DNA of 64,000 bases from Patescibacteria group bacterium. Lineage in GTDB: Bacteria; Patescibacteriota; Patescibacteriia; Patescibacteriales; JAQVLT01. Location: positions 10,820 through 74,819 of the forward strand of contig JAQVLT010000005.1 in NCBI GenBank assembly GCA_028704015.1, given 5' to 3'. The notes under the pieces are model-generated. The model did no database searches, had not been told where the DNA came from, and saw only the letters and a list, made by a program, of their open reading frames with translations. The position numbers and the translations under genes were made by a program. This document shows, one piece after another, positions 1 to 9,073 of the stretch. Every line of letters begins with the position of its first letter. The first letter of the stretch is position 1.

Positions 1-153
1 TTTTTTTGCCAACCAGTCAGTCCCCTTGTTATATTCAGCGCCAACATCTATTAAACTCCCGACTATTAATAGAATAATTATAAAAATAAAAACTTGCCAC
101 ATCCGGCCGCGAGCTGAAGGCCTTAAAATACGCTCTAAAATATTATTGGACAT
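1..153 (-). CDS. 5' part of a membrane protein cut by the window edge (MSNNILERILRPSARGRMWQVFIFIIILLIVGSLIDVGAEYNKGTDWLAKK...); possibly SecD/SecDF-like
   Basis: Hand translation: ATG at 153..151 on the minus strand, open to position 1. Basic N-terminus followed by one hydrophobic helix. Below the ORF-track size cut-off. Confidence 0.3.
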   Translation of the reverse strand, partial: MSNNILERILRPSARGRMWQVFIFIIILLIVGSLIDVGAEYNKGTDWLAKK

Positions 154-291
154 ATAAAAAACTTAATTAAAAAGTTATAAAGTCAACAAAAAAGGCATTA
201 AATACCCTTTTCTTGCTTATTTTATCTTAAATCAATAGGCATTAAATTGCAAGTGGATAAAAAAAGAAGGAAGAATGATAATATTCTGCCT

Positions 292-585
292 TCATGCGTT
301 TTTTTGGGTTTTAAACTTCAAAGGATCGACTCGTCTGGACATCTCCCCGACACGCAAATATCCTTCTGAATCTATGCGTATTACTGTCAACGTTCTGCCC
401 GAAACAAATCGTAATATCCTGCCTGGATATATACCCAGTTTCGCCACGGCAGCCAACCTTTGCCTAATTTTTCTCCTTAGCCTAGCCTCATTGGCTGCTG
501 CCTCAACTCTTGCAAAATTCTGTTCGGCGGCATACCGAGACACTTGTGATCTCCAGGCTTTTATACGCGCAGGAACACCCATGCC
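292..585 (-). CDS. small basic protein of unknown function, paralog B of a tandem pair
   Basis: ORF 292..606. I prefer the ATG at 585 because GAGGAGGAGGGGGG lies directly upstream. The C-terminal half (LGIYPGRILRFVSGRTLTVIRIDSEGYLRVGEMSRRVDP) aligns with the neighbouring ORF 615..932. Confidence 0.45.
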   Translation of the reverse strand, partial: GMGVPARIKAWRSQVSRYAAEQNFARVEAAANEARLRRKIRQRLAAVAKLGIYPGRILRFVSGRTLTVIRIDSEGYLRVGEMSRRVDPLKFKTQKNA

Positions 586-614
586 CCCCCTCCTCCTCAA
601 AGCCAATTCGGGTT

Positions 615-932
615 TTAAATTTTTGCTGGTGGCGGCAACATGGTGGGGTCTATTTTCCCTCCCAATTCTTGCACCAACAAAAAATTGTCCGGGGTTATCT
701 CTTCAACTATCAGCTTCCTCCCCGAACCCAAAAAAATCGGACCGCCGATAGCTATACCAAGATTCTGTATAGCTTCCGCTCTGCTTGCGCTACTTGATTG
801 TTTTCTTGAAGCCGAGCCGCGAAACTGTGGATCTTGAACCGTTGAATCTAGAAATCTATCATGAAGCGTCTCCGACCTTCTTCTTAATGTTTTTTTGTCA
901 TTCAACTTTTGAATCCCATTTTTTCCGGCCAT
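615..932 (-). CDS. small basic protein of unknown function, paralog A of a tandem pair
   Basis: A strong SD (GGGGGAGGTGGAG) precedes the ATG at 932. The C-terminal half (LGIAIGGPIFLGSGRKLIVEEITPDNFLLVQELGGKIDP) aligns with ORF 292..585. Confidence 0.5.
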   Translation of the reverse strand: MAGKNGIQKLNDKKTLRRRSETLHDRFLDSTVQDPQFRGSASRKQSSSASRAEAIQNLGIAIGGPIFLGSGRKLIVEEITPDNFLLVQELGGKIDPTMLPPPAKI

Positions 933-1085
933 GCTCCACCTCCCCCTTTTTTTTTACGATTTAAAAAGCTATCCAGAAAGCAGGATCTGCTAATCTTATA
1001 AATATAAGACAAACAGATCTCGCCTTCATTGAATTTATTGCGTAATTTAATTAATTTTTTGCATTTTTTCGCAAACACACTTATT

Positions 1086-1610
1086 TTATATTTCCTCCAA
1101 ATGAATCAGGGCGGTTATGATCGCTTGCTTGGTATAATCTTTGCGCGTCAATCGTCCCTTGGTTACAATACCGATCAAACCTTCGGCGGAACCGATTTGC
1201 GGATTGTCAGTATAACCAGCCTTGAAAGCGGCATCAGTCATGTTTAAACCGTCAATTAACATGTGATCAGCAATTTTCTTTGGCGTTTCCCAAGCCGAGG
1301 AAAGCCCCAGATGGAATTCATTGCCATCAAAAATCGCGCAAACACAAAAATCCATAAAACCGGTTTTGGTTTTTGGCACGGCCATCAGTCCCGATTCCAA
1401 GCCAATGCTGTAATCACAATCAGAAAAAGCCGCGCGAGCGCGATTCATGGCGCCGTCAATTGTTTCTTCCAGCGACTTCGGCTGATCCGCCACACCGGTC
1501 TGGACTTTCATTGGAATAATTTCCGCGCCTTTAAGGTGCGGATAATCGCCGATGATTTCCGTTACCGCCTCCACCTTGGCTTTATTGGTTGTGCCGACTT
1601 TTATTTTCAT
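1086..1610 (-). CDS. yjjX: inosine/xanthosine triphosphatase, YjjX (DUF84) family non-canonical NTP phosphatase
   Basis: N-terminal KVGTTNKAKVEAV motif, 174-aa length and overall similarity to YjjX-type NTPases. The start overlaps the upstream gene's stop by 4 nt. Confidence 0.75.
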   Translation of the reverse strand: MKIKVGTTNKAKVEAVTEIIGDYPHLKGAEIIPMKVQTGVADQPKSLEETIDGAMNRARAAFSDCDYSIGLESGLMAVPKTKTGFMDFCVCAIFDGNEFHLGLSSAWETPKKIADHMLIDGLNMTDAAFKAGYTDNPQIGSAEGLIGIVTKGRLTRKDYTKQAIITALIHLEEI

Positions 1611-2128
1611 AAAAAATTAATATCATCTGGTAAATGATCAATTCCGCCGAATTCTTTAACCACAATTAGTTTGATTCGTTTTTTTAAATTTTTATTCAAG
1701 GAATAATAAGTCATCTCCTTTATTCCACCAATACTTTTACAATCATCTTCAACCAAAACATCTGGTATGGGAGACATCTTTTCTATAATATCTTTGTATT
1801 TCGCCCCCATTCCACGATGATAAATAATTCCCGCGGGAAAATTATAGCGCTCTAAAACAATTTTATCCGCTTCCAGCCCCTCCTTGCCAACCGTTTCGTC
1901 GCCTCTGGCTTTTTTATCCTCCGTCAATGCGCTCAAATAGCAAATTTGCGCGCCTTGCGACGCCCAGCGGAAAAGTTTTTCCGGCGCATTACCGATTGGA
2001 ATATAATTTTTAAAGTCGCGCACTGAATTTTCCTCTTCAATTATTTGTTCAATAATTTCCTCGCGCGTTTTTCCTGCCGCATTTTTATGCATTATTATTG
2101 TGCCGTGCAAAAAAATTAATATTTTCAT
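1607..2128 (-). CDS. hypothetical protein (possibly HAD-like) inside a nucleotide house-cleaning operon
   Basis: 173-aa ORF with 4-nt overlaps to both neighbours. No motif that I can name confidently. Confidence 0.5.
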   Translation of the reverse strand: MKILIFLHGTIIMHKNAAGKTREEIIEQIIEEENSVRDFKNYIPIGNAPEKLFRWASQGAQICYLSALTEDKKARGDETVGKEGLEADKIVLERYNFPAGIIYHRGMGAKYKDIIEKMSPIPDVLVEDDCKSIGGIKEMTYYSLNKNLKKRIKLIVVKEFGGIDHLPDDINFL

Positions 2129-2553
2129 ACTTTTATTTTCCGCAAAATTTTGAATCTCTCTGCAAACTTCTTATTTCTGGGTGATGCTTTCAAATTTTGA
2201 AATTCATCCGGTTCCACCCATTTAAAATCGTCATGCTCAAAACTTAAAACAATATTTGTCGTAATCGGCCGCGCTAAATAACAAATCGTCACCCAAAATT
2301 CTCCCACATCGTCAAATCCGGAGATAGCATCCAGCACGGATAAATTTTCAACTTCCAATCCCGTCTCTTCCCCAATCTCCCGAATAATCCCATCGCACAA
2401 ATCTTCACCAAAATTTAAATCGCCTCCCGGCAAATCCCAATGCAATGGCCGCGACGGAGCAGTCTCGGTTCTCCTGATTGTTAGCACTTGACCATCTTCA
2501 TTAAACAAAATCGCTTTCTGTGAAATATTAATTTTTTGTTCGCCATGTTCCAT
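2125..2553 (-). CDS. NUDIX hydrolase
   Basis: Nudix box GGDLNFGEDLCDGIIREIGEETGLEV (GX5EX7REUXEEXGU). Confidence 0.85.
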   Translation of the reverse strand: MEHGEQKINISQKAILFNEDGQVLTIRRTETAPSRPLHWDLPGGDLNFGEDLCDGIIREIGEETGLEVENLSVLDAISGFDDVGEFWVTICYLARPITTNIVLSFEHDDFKWVEPDEFQNLKASPRNKKFAERFKILRKIKV

Positions 2554-2820
2554 GACTTTTTTTTATATTTATTTTATCTTATCTTAAACTAAAATTCAAT
2601 CAATTCTGTAAAAAATAAATCCCTACAAAATAATTATTGAAATTTTTTGACCACGCCACAGTCTTTCGGAGAGAATTGTGGCAAAAAATTACGGTCGCCT
2701 TGAACAAACCAACTATTGCTTTTTTTCATAAAATATGCTACATTTGTTAAAATACAAAAACTAAGTTAGTAGTCAACTATTAATCAACGTTCATTAAAAA
2801 CATGAAGGGAGAAAAAAATC

Positions 2821-3525
2821 ATGAAAGACTACTATTGCCCCGAAAGTTACAAAGGACCGCAGCCGATCGCGCAACAAATTCGCAAAGTCGCAAAAATGTT
2901 TGATCTCGATCCCGAAAGAGCCATCAAATATTCGAAAAAATTGCCGCCTCTGCATTCGTTCGTTCCGAGTGAAGCGTTGAAATGCACGGGGTGGTTTGCC
3001 ATCCCGATGGTTAAAGCGCTGGCGGCAAAAGTAACCGATCGCAACCAGCAATACTGCGAGACTTTGCTGTCAATCTTGGCGACAAAGACAGACGACGGGA
3101 CTTTCAGCATCGAACGCAAAATAGAGCCGGCGCTATTTCAAATGCGAGTTAACACCGCCGAACATCTCGCCCAAATCACCAGGGCGCAAGGTGGTAGCGA
3201 CATCTTGATCGTCGCCGCCCAAATCGGGAAATATCACGTTAGCCAATACGTAGAGACGGCAAAATTGGCACCTAATGAATGCGGCCTTTGGAGTGTGGCG
3301 GGGTGCACCATCGCGCTCACCCACCCCGAAAGATTTGCCCCTGGATGTTTGGGCATAATCTGTTCGGGAGATCAAACCCGCAATGTCACGGATGAAAAAA
3401 CGGATGGCAAATTTGTGGCATCGCCAGTAATCTGCTACATGGCGGAGAAAAAAATAAGGCTCATCGCGCAGCGCGACGACTGTATTGACTTGAATCGGGG
3501 GATGGGGTCAGTTTTCATACCGTGA
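2821..3525 (+). CDS. hypothetical protein, high-GC orphan
   Basis: 234-aa ORF with SD GAAGGGAG upstream and a clean terminator downstream. GC is visibly higher than in neighbouring genes. No recognisable motif. Confidence 0.5.
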   Translation: MKDYYCPESYKGPQPIAQQIRKVAKMFDLDPERAIKYSKKLPPLHSFVPSEALKCTGWFAIPMVKALAAKVTDRNQQYCETLLSILATKTDDGTFSIERKIEPALFQMRVNTAEHLAQITRAQGGSDILIVAAQIGKYHVSQYVETAKLAPNECGLWSVAGCTIALTHPERFAPGCLGIICSGDQTRNVTDEKTDGKFVASPVICYMAEKKIRLIAQRDDCIDLNRGMGSVFIP

Positions 3526-3550
3526 AAAATGGCCATAAACCTGGATATAA

Positions 3551-3580
3551 GGGGCTATCACACAAATAGTCCCTTTTTTT
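3551..3580 (+). terminator. rho-independent terminator of the 2821..3525 gene
   Basis: GGGGCTAT-CACACAA-ATAGTCCC hairpin followed by TTTTTTT. Confidence 0.6.
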
Positions 3581-3781
3581 AAACCAACAAAAAATTATCA
3601 ACAATTTAACTAATTTTTTAATCAACAACCTACTTTCCAAAAATTTTCTTAATCTCATTTCTATGTCCGCAGAACTATTTTGTTGTCCTTAATAACTTTT
3701 CTATATCCCCTTCTTTGATACGCATTCCAGCGAACGTCTGTTTTGATTATTTAAAAAGGAAAAGTTTAAAAAAATATTTTT

Positions 3782-3910
3782 TTATTTTAAAGCGAGATAA
3801 AAACTATCATCTTTGATTGGATAAGTTTTTATTTTGAATTTTTCCACCCAGTTAAAAGCCACATGTTCATCGCTTAATTCGTAATTGATAATTCTTAATT
3901 GATTTATTTT
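3782..3910 (-). pseudogene. possible remnant of a NUDIX hydrolase C-terminus
   Basis: Hand translation gives KINQLRIINYELSDEHVAFNWVEKFKIKTYPIKDDSFYLALK*. There is no start codon and a TGA lies directly upstream. SDEHxxFxWV resembles the C-terminal FEHDDFKWVEPDEF of the intact Nudix gene at 2125..2553. Confidence 0.25.
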
Positions 3911-3936
3911 TCACAAAACTTTTTGAATTTATTTCC

Positions 3937-4482
3937 TTATCCACGGAAATAATTGCTAAAATATTTCTCAAATGTATCAATTGGCGTCTGGTTGGTCGTA
4001 TCTATAAAATTCTCTTTACCAATTTTATTTTTTATAACCTCAAATTCATTACGAACTGCGGATATTCTATCAATTCCAGTTGTCCAACATTCTCTTTCTT
4101 TATCCCTTTTTATCATTTCTTCTTGAGTCGGAAATAGAACCTTAATTTCCAGCTTATCTCCAAATTCTTTTTTAAACATTTCGAAGAATTTCAGATAATC
4201 GCCGAAAATTATATAATCAAGCACGACATTATTTTTGCCATTATTAAACTGTTGTTTAACTTCGTCAAAAATCTTTTCATGTGCCCTCTTTAATCTTTCG
4301 ACATTCTCTGGAAACCACTGACCTCCATCTGGAAAAAATTCAGTGTCAAGATTATCTCCGTCTATCTTTATAAAACCACATTTCTTTTCTAATAAATCGG
4401 CGATCGTGGTTTTACCAGAACCTCCCGGCCCAGTTAAAATTAATATTCTTTTTTCTGAATTTTCCATAGTTTTATCTGCCAT
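3937..4482 (-). CDS. P-loop NTPase / AAA-type kinase-like protein
   Basis: Walker A motif ILILTGPGGSGKTT near the N-terminus. Small (181 aa), nucleotide/nucleoside kinase-like size. Confidence 0.6.
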   Translation of the reverse strand: MADKTMENSEKRILILTGPGGSGKTTIADLLEKKCGFIKIDGDNLDTEFFPDGGQWFPENVERLKRAHEKIFDEVKQQFNNGKNNVVLDYIIFGDYLKFFEMFKKEFGDKLEIKVLFPTQEEMIKRDKERECWTTGIDRISAVRNEFEVIKNKIGKENFIDTTNQTPIDTFEKYFSNYFRG

Positions 4483-4552
4483 GACACTTTTTATACTTCT
4501 TAATCACAGGACACATAAAAAAATAATTAGCATCGTTTGAATTTATTTCTAA

Positions 4553-4945
4553 TTATGCAAAAGTTAATAATTCTTTAGCTCGACATTTCTTGGGCTGTCC
4601 ATCCACTTCAACAATAACCCAAGTTTCCGTTTCATAAAAATTAATCAATTCCTGACAAGTTTTACATGGAAGAATAATTGTTGGTCTTGGAACATCGCGC
4701 ATTTGGATAGCAACGATGGAATCAAATTTTCTCTCGCCATTTGAAACGGCCATACCCATTGCAACGTTCTCTGCACAAACATCTACGTTTTGAGAATCAA
4801 GATGGATGCCGGCATAAATTTTTCCCGATTTTGCTCGCACCGCCGAACCGACATGATGTTTACCACGAAGAAAATTTTTCTTTATTATAGCGGTTGCCGT
4901 TTCAATTAACTCTTGATCTTTTTGCGTAATATCTACGTATTTCAT
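4553..4945 (-). CDS. cdd: cytidine deaminase
   Basis: Zinc-binding deaminase motifs CAE (VDVCAENVA) and PCKTCQE. Start trimmed to the ATG at 4945 (MKYVDITQ...) because the longer ORF overlaps the secA 3' end. Confidence 0.8.
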   Translation of the reverse strand: MKYVDITQKDQELIETATAIIKKNFLRGKHHVGSAVRAKSGKIYAGIHLDSQNVDVCAENVAMGMAVSNGERKFDSIVAIQMRDVPRPTIILPCKTCQELINFYETETWVIVEVDGQPKKCRAKELLTFA

Positions 4946-4949
4946 AAAC

Positions 4950-7733
4950 TTACTTTCCGCAACACTTTTTATACTTCTTTCCGCTACCGCACGGGCACGG
5001 ATCATTGCGGCCGATCTTTTCGCCTTCTTCATTTTTGGCTTTTTCATGCACCATATCAATCGTGCCGGCTTTATTGGTTCGCGCGTTTTTATTATAAGCA
5101 GCAAAAGGCGAATTTTGGTTGGTCATTTCTTTTTGCGGCGCGCTAAATTGAATCTTGCGTTTATTCAAATCATCATCGCCCACGCGAAGCGTTGGCTCTT
5201 GCGCGGCGCCAATCTTGAATATTGAATACACTACTTGCTTTTGAATTAAATTATTCAATTCATTAAATAAACGATACGCTTCTTTCTTGTATTCCACGAG
5301 CGGATCGCGTTGGCCATAGCCACGAAGGCCAATGCCGCGGCGCATATAATCCATTGCATCCAAATGTTCAATCCAAAGAGTATCAATGGAGCGCAACAAT
5401 ACACCTTTTTCAATTTCCACCCATTTGACTCCCAGCCTTTCTATTCCTTCCCGCATCCTGCCGTAATTTTCGCGCGCGACTTTAACCAATAATTCAATAA
5501 TCACGGTGCGCACTTTGGCTTTATCAAACTTTCCACCATCAGCGATTATTTTATCCAGATCAATTTTTAAATTTTTATCAACCGGAAAAATCGTGCTCGC
5601 CACTTCAAAAATCTCTTGAATATTCCAAGCTCTGATCTCGTCAGCGGCAGTATGGAAACTCACCACTTGTTCAATTTCGTTCTCCACTATTTCAAAAATT
5701 ATTTCACTTAAATTTCTGTCTGCTGTCCGCTCAATCGTTTTTCGATAAATTTCTAAAACCTCCCGACGTCGGCGATAAATCGCCTCACGATGCTTATTGA
5801 TCACATCATCATATTCCACCAAGTGTTTGCGGATATCAAAATTATTGCCTTCCACTTTCTTCTGCGCTGATTCAATGGAACGTGAAATCATACCATTTTC
5901 AATCGGCATATCTTCCGGTACGCGCAAAGTTTTCATTATATTCTTCATGCGATCGCCGCCAAAAATACGCATAAGATCATCTTCCATGGAAACATAAAAC
6001 TGAGAGGAGCCGGGATCTCCTTGGCGACCCGCGCGTCCACGCAACTGATTGTCAATACGCCGGGCTTCATGGCGTTCGGTTCCGATAACGTGAAGCCCTC
6101 CCAGTTCTTGGATCTTTTTTTGTTCTTCATTCTTTACTCCTAAACTTTCTGAGGGACCACCCAAAATTATATCCACGCCACGACCCGCCATATTAGTAGC
6201 AAGCGTAATCGCGCCCGACCCACCTGCCTGAAAAATTATCTGCGCTTCTTTTTCATGATTTTTCGCATTTAAAACTTGCGGATGCAAGCCTTCGCGCTCC
6301 ATCATCGCAACTAACATTTCATTTTTTTCAATAGAAATAGTGCCTACCAAAACCGGCTGGCCTTTTTTATTTCTCTCTTTCACTTCCTGAATTACGGCTT
6401 TATATTTTCCTTCTTCAGTCCGATAGATCAAATCATTCATATCCTTTCTGATGGTCGGCTTATTTGTCGGAATAATTAATGTTTCTAATCCATAAATTTT
6501 GGAAAATTCTTCCGCTTCGGTGACCGCCGTACCCGTCATGCCGGCAAGCTTTTTGTACATTCTAAAATAATTTTGAAAAGTAACCGTTGCGAGAGTCATT
6601 GATTCGCGTTGGATTTGTACACCTTCCTTGGCTTCAATCGCTTGATGCAATCCTTCGCTGTAGCGCCTTCCCGGCATCAAGCGGCCGGTGAATTCGTCAA
6701 CGATTATCACTTCACCGTCTTTAACCACATAATCGCGATCCAGTTTAAATAAAACCTGCGCTTTAAGCGCTTGCTCAATATGATGCACTTCGCTAATACC
6801 ACCGGCAACATAAATATTTCCAATCCCCAACCATTTTTCCATTTTCTCAATGCCGGCTTCGGTTAAGGTAGCGGCGCGCATTTTTTCATCTACGTTATAA
6901 TCTTCATTTTCAACTAAATTTCTTACGAGTTGCGCAAATTTATAATATTTGTCAGTTGATTCTTCGGCGGGCGCAGAAATAATCAAAGGCGTACGCGCTT
7001 CATCAATCAAAATTGAATCCACTTCATCAACAATTGCATAATGCAAATCGCGCTGTACCATCTGCTCCAAAACATTAACCATATTGTCCTTTAGATAATC
7101 AAATCCGAATTCATTGTTTGTGCCATAAGTGATATCGCAATTATAAGCTTCTTTTCTGGAAATTTTTCTGAAATGCTTTAAACGCTCGTCGTATTGAGAT
7201 TCGTCATTGTGTTCCGGATCATAAATAAAAGCTTGATCATGAATGATTACGCTGGTGGTTAATCCAAGTTTATGATAAATCGGCGCCATCCATCCAGCGC
7301 CCACCCGCGACAAATAATCATTAACGGTAACCAAATGCACACCCCGCCCGGTAAGCGCGTTTAAAAATAACGGTAAAGTCGCCACCTTAGTTTTTCCTTC
7401 GCCGGTTTTCATTTCCGCGATCTGGCCGCGATGCAGCACAATACCGCCGACGAGCTGCACATCATAATGCCGCTGGCCGGAAACACGCTTGGACATTTCC
7501 CGCACCATAGCAAAGGCCTGCGGTAAAATTTTCTCCAAATATTTTTCGCCTTCCTCGCCCTTATCTACCGCTTCTTTGTACTCCGCTTTAAATTTCTCTG
7601 TCAGCGCTCTCAATTCTTCATCGCTCTTAGCGGAAATTTCCGGCTCCAATTTATTGATCTCATCAACTATTGGCTGAATTTTTTTGATCACTTTTTCATT
7701 CGGATCACCGAAGATTTTTGTTAAAATACTCAT
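4950..7733 (-). CDS. secA: preprotein translocase ATPase SecA
   Basis: 927 aa with full-length SecA signature blocks ([36 protein letters not shown]) and the C-terminal zinc tail [15 protein letters not shown]. Confidence 0.97.
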   Translation of the reverse strand: MSILTKIFGDPNEKVIKKIQPIVDEINKLEPEISAKSDEELRALTEKFKAEYKEAVDKGEEGEKYLEKILPQAFAMVREMSKRVSGQRHYDVQLVGGIVLHRGQIAEMKTGEGKTKVATLPLFLNALTGRGVHLVTVNDYLSRVGAGWMAPIYHKLGLTTSVIIHDQAFIYDPEHNDESQYDERLKHFRKISRKEAYNCDITYGTNNEFGFDYLKDNMVNVLEQMVQRDLHYAIVDEVDSILIDEARTPLIISAPAEESTDKYYKFAQLVRNLVENEDYNVDEKMRAATLTEAGIEKMEKWLGIGNIYVAGGISEVHHIEQALKAQVLFKLDRDYVVKDGEVIIVDEFTGRLMPGRRYSEGLHQAIEAKEGVQIQRESMTLATVTFQNYFRMYKKLAGMTGTAVTEAEEFSKIYGLETLIIPTNKPTIRKDMNDLIYRTEEGKYKAVIQEVKERNKKGQPVLVGTISIEKNEMLVAMMEREGLHPQVLNAKNHEKEAQIIFQAGGSGAITLATNMAGRGVDIILGGPSESLGVKNEEQKKIQELGGLHVIGTERHEARRIDNQLRGRAGRQGDPGSSQFYVSMEDDLMRIFGGDRMKNIMKTLRVPEDMPIENGMISRSIESAQKKVEGNNFDIRKHLVEYDDVINKHREAIYRRRREVLEIYRKTIERTADRNLSEIIFEIVENEIEQVVSFHTAADEIRAWNIQEIFEVASTIFPVDKNLKIDLDKIIADGGKFDKAKVRTVIIELLVKVARENYGRMREGIERLGVKWVEIEKGVLLRSIDTLWIEHLDAMDYMRRGIGLRGYGQRDPLVEYKKEAYRLFNELNNLIQKQVVYSIFKIGAAQEPTLRVGDDDLNKRKIQFSAPQKEMTNQNSPFAAYNKNARTNKAGTIDMVHEKAKNEEGEKIGRNDPCPCGSGKKYKKCCGK

Positions 7734-8087
7734 ATAATTTTGAAAATAAAATAATAAAATAACATTAAAAAAACGAAATCTTTTTTCGTTTTGTCTGGCT
7801 TTATCCTACAATAAAACCGCTAAAAAATCAAGGACCTAAAAAACCTGCAAAGCCTATTTAATAACACCCCCCCCCTTAATGGGGTTTAATCTTTTTATGC
7901 AGTCCAACCGTTTATGGTTAGACGAAGCAAAAATACATGAGCTTCGCTTCGTCTTTACAGTTCGTTTGCCTGCTTATACAGGCATAAAATCAATCTACTT
8001 GAATTTTTAAACAATTTCATTATATAATACAAAAACGGAAACTGGGTAAACATGCTTTTAACTCTAGACCAGACGAAGGAGTACATA

Positions 8088-8498
8088 ATGGACAGAACTC
8101 TTGTAATGATAAAACCTGATGCAAACGTCACAAAAATTTTTTTGAACATTTTAATGATTTATCTGGCAAACTTCAAAATAGTTCTTGCCAAAATCGTCCA
8201 GATGGATAAGGCGATGGCCGAGGAGTTCTACAAGGAGCACACAGAACGGCCATTTTTCAAGGAACTTGTCCAACAAATGACCTCAGGACCAACAATCATT
8301 TTGGTCTTGGAAGGTGAAGATGTCGTGAACAGGGTGAGAAAAATAAATGGTGCCACCAATCCGGCAAATGCTGACGTGGGAACCATCCGCCAAGCCTTTG
8401 GCACGCCGAACGGTGGCCCCAAAAATGCTGTTCACGGATCGGACAGTCTCAAAAGTGCGGCGAGGGAAATCGCCTTTTTCTTCCCCCCCGACGCCTAA
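8088..8498 (+). CDS. ndk: nucleoside diphosphate kinase, short canonical form
   Basis: MDRTLVMIKPDA, GATNP, GTIRQAFG and the active-site NAVHGSDS. Start set at the ATG at 8088. High GC: about 47-58% in lines I counted. Confidence 0.85.
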   Translation: MDRTLVMIKPDANVTKIFLNILMIYLANFKIVLAKIVQMDKAMAEEFYKEHTERPFFKELVQQMTSGPTIILVLEGEDVVNRVRKINGATNPANADVGTIRQAFGTPNGGPKNAVHGSDSLKSAAREIAFFFPPDA

Positions 8499-8514
8499 AA
8501 ACAGAGAACAACTT

Positions 8515-8542
8515 GAACGTGTACATTGCACGTTCTTTTTTT
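8515..8542 (+). terminator. rho-independent terminator of ndk
   Basis: GAACGTG-TACATTG-CACGTTC hairpin followed by TTTTTTT. Confidence 0.6.
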
Positions 8543-8630
8543 ATTTAATAATTTTGGCGGTAAACAAAGAGGTTCAACCTCAAAATTGAAGATCAAACCT
8601 CTGAATATGATAATCTAAAATTTTAAAGCC

Positions 8631-8648
8631 CTGTCTGCCGGCAGGCAG
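8631..8648. repeat. GC palindrome family, copy 1 (CTGTCTGCCGGCAGGCAG)
   Basis: Near-perfect 18-nt palindrome in AT-rich intergenic DNA just 3' of hpf. The same core recurs at 44650 and 56113. Confidence 0.7.
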
Positions 8649-8668
8649 ATAAAAGCTAACGGCTGCAA

Positions 8669-8992
8669 TTATTTACCTCTTGCTTTATCAATCACTTTTC
8701 CCTTATATTTTTTTATCATTTCAGCCAAATGGTCTTTCACTTTATCAATGGCTTTAAATAATTCCACTTCGGTTTTCTCCACGCGCAATAATTCTCCAGG
8801 TAATTCCAAATTTACTTCTGCGCGATAAATTTGGCCGCTTTGATGGCTGCCAACCGCGAGCCCGACTTCCACATCACAATTTAACACCTTGAATGTTCCG
8901 ACATATTTATCCAACATATCCATTTTTTTCTGGACATAATCCTTGATTTCCGGAGTTAATTCAATTTTTGTCGCTTTGATTCTAATTTGCAT
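8669..8992 (-). CDS. hpf: ribosome hibernation promoting factor / RaiA (S30AE family)
   Basis: 107 aa with MQIRIKATKIELTPEIKDYVQKKM...LELPGELLRVEKTEVELFKAIDKV, the typical HPF layout. Confidence 0.85.
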   Translation of the reverse strand: MQIRIKATKIELTPEIKDYVQKKMDMLDKYVGTFKVLNCDVEVGLAVGSHQSGQIYRAEVNLELPGELLRVEKTEVELFKAIDKVKDHLAEMIKKYKGKVIDKARGK

Positions 8993-9040
8993 AGGGTAAA
9001 AATTTAAAAAATAAATAATTTAAAAAACTATTTTGTCGTC

Positions 9041-9073
9041 CTAAAAGCTAAAACCTAAAAGCTAAAAGCTAAC
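9041..9073. repeat. heptamer tandem repeat (CTAAAAG/CTAAAAC) x4 plus a partial unit
   Basis: CTAAAAG CTAAAAC CTAAAAG CTAAAAG CTAAC read directly. It lies between the rseP stop and the hpf start. Confidence 0.7.

Noticed and set aside
275-837. Plus-strand ORFs 275..751 (158 aa), 510..797 and 640..837 overlapping the small minus-strand pair
   Set aside because: They have low-complexity, hydrophobic or Pro/Ser-rich translations and no SD. The minus-strand ORFs have strong SD sequences and are paralogous to each other, so the plus-strand ORFs are treated as shadow frames in a GC-rich patch.
4946-5104. N-terminal extensions of cdd (to 5104), the DsbA-like gene (to 32670), gatA (to 34117), ndk (from 8052) and rel (from 58983)
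   Set aside because: The extensions overlap the 3' ends of upstream genes or use non-ATG starts, and they add sequence unrelated to the families. Internal ATGs give canonical N-termini.
7770-7985. Several hairpins upstream of the short ndk as a possible small RNA (AAACGAAA-TCTT-TTTCGTTT at ~7770; GACGAAGC...GCTTCGTC at 7921..7953; TGCCTG-CTTATA-CAGGCA at 7967..7984)
   Set aside because: There are no recognisable ncRNA family features, no promoter/terminator pair that defines a transcript, and no comparative data. I noted it only as structured non-coding DNA.
8100-8170. Suspected compensating frameshifts in the atypical N-terminal helix of the short ndk, around the AAAAATTTTTTT run
   Set aside because: The alternative frame (KRHKNFFEHFNDLSGK) does not fit the NDK consensus better, and one alternative frame hits a stop. 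The in-frame length matches canonical NDK and all catalytic motifs are intact.
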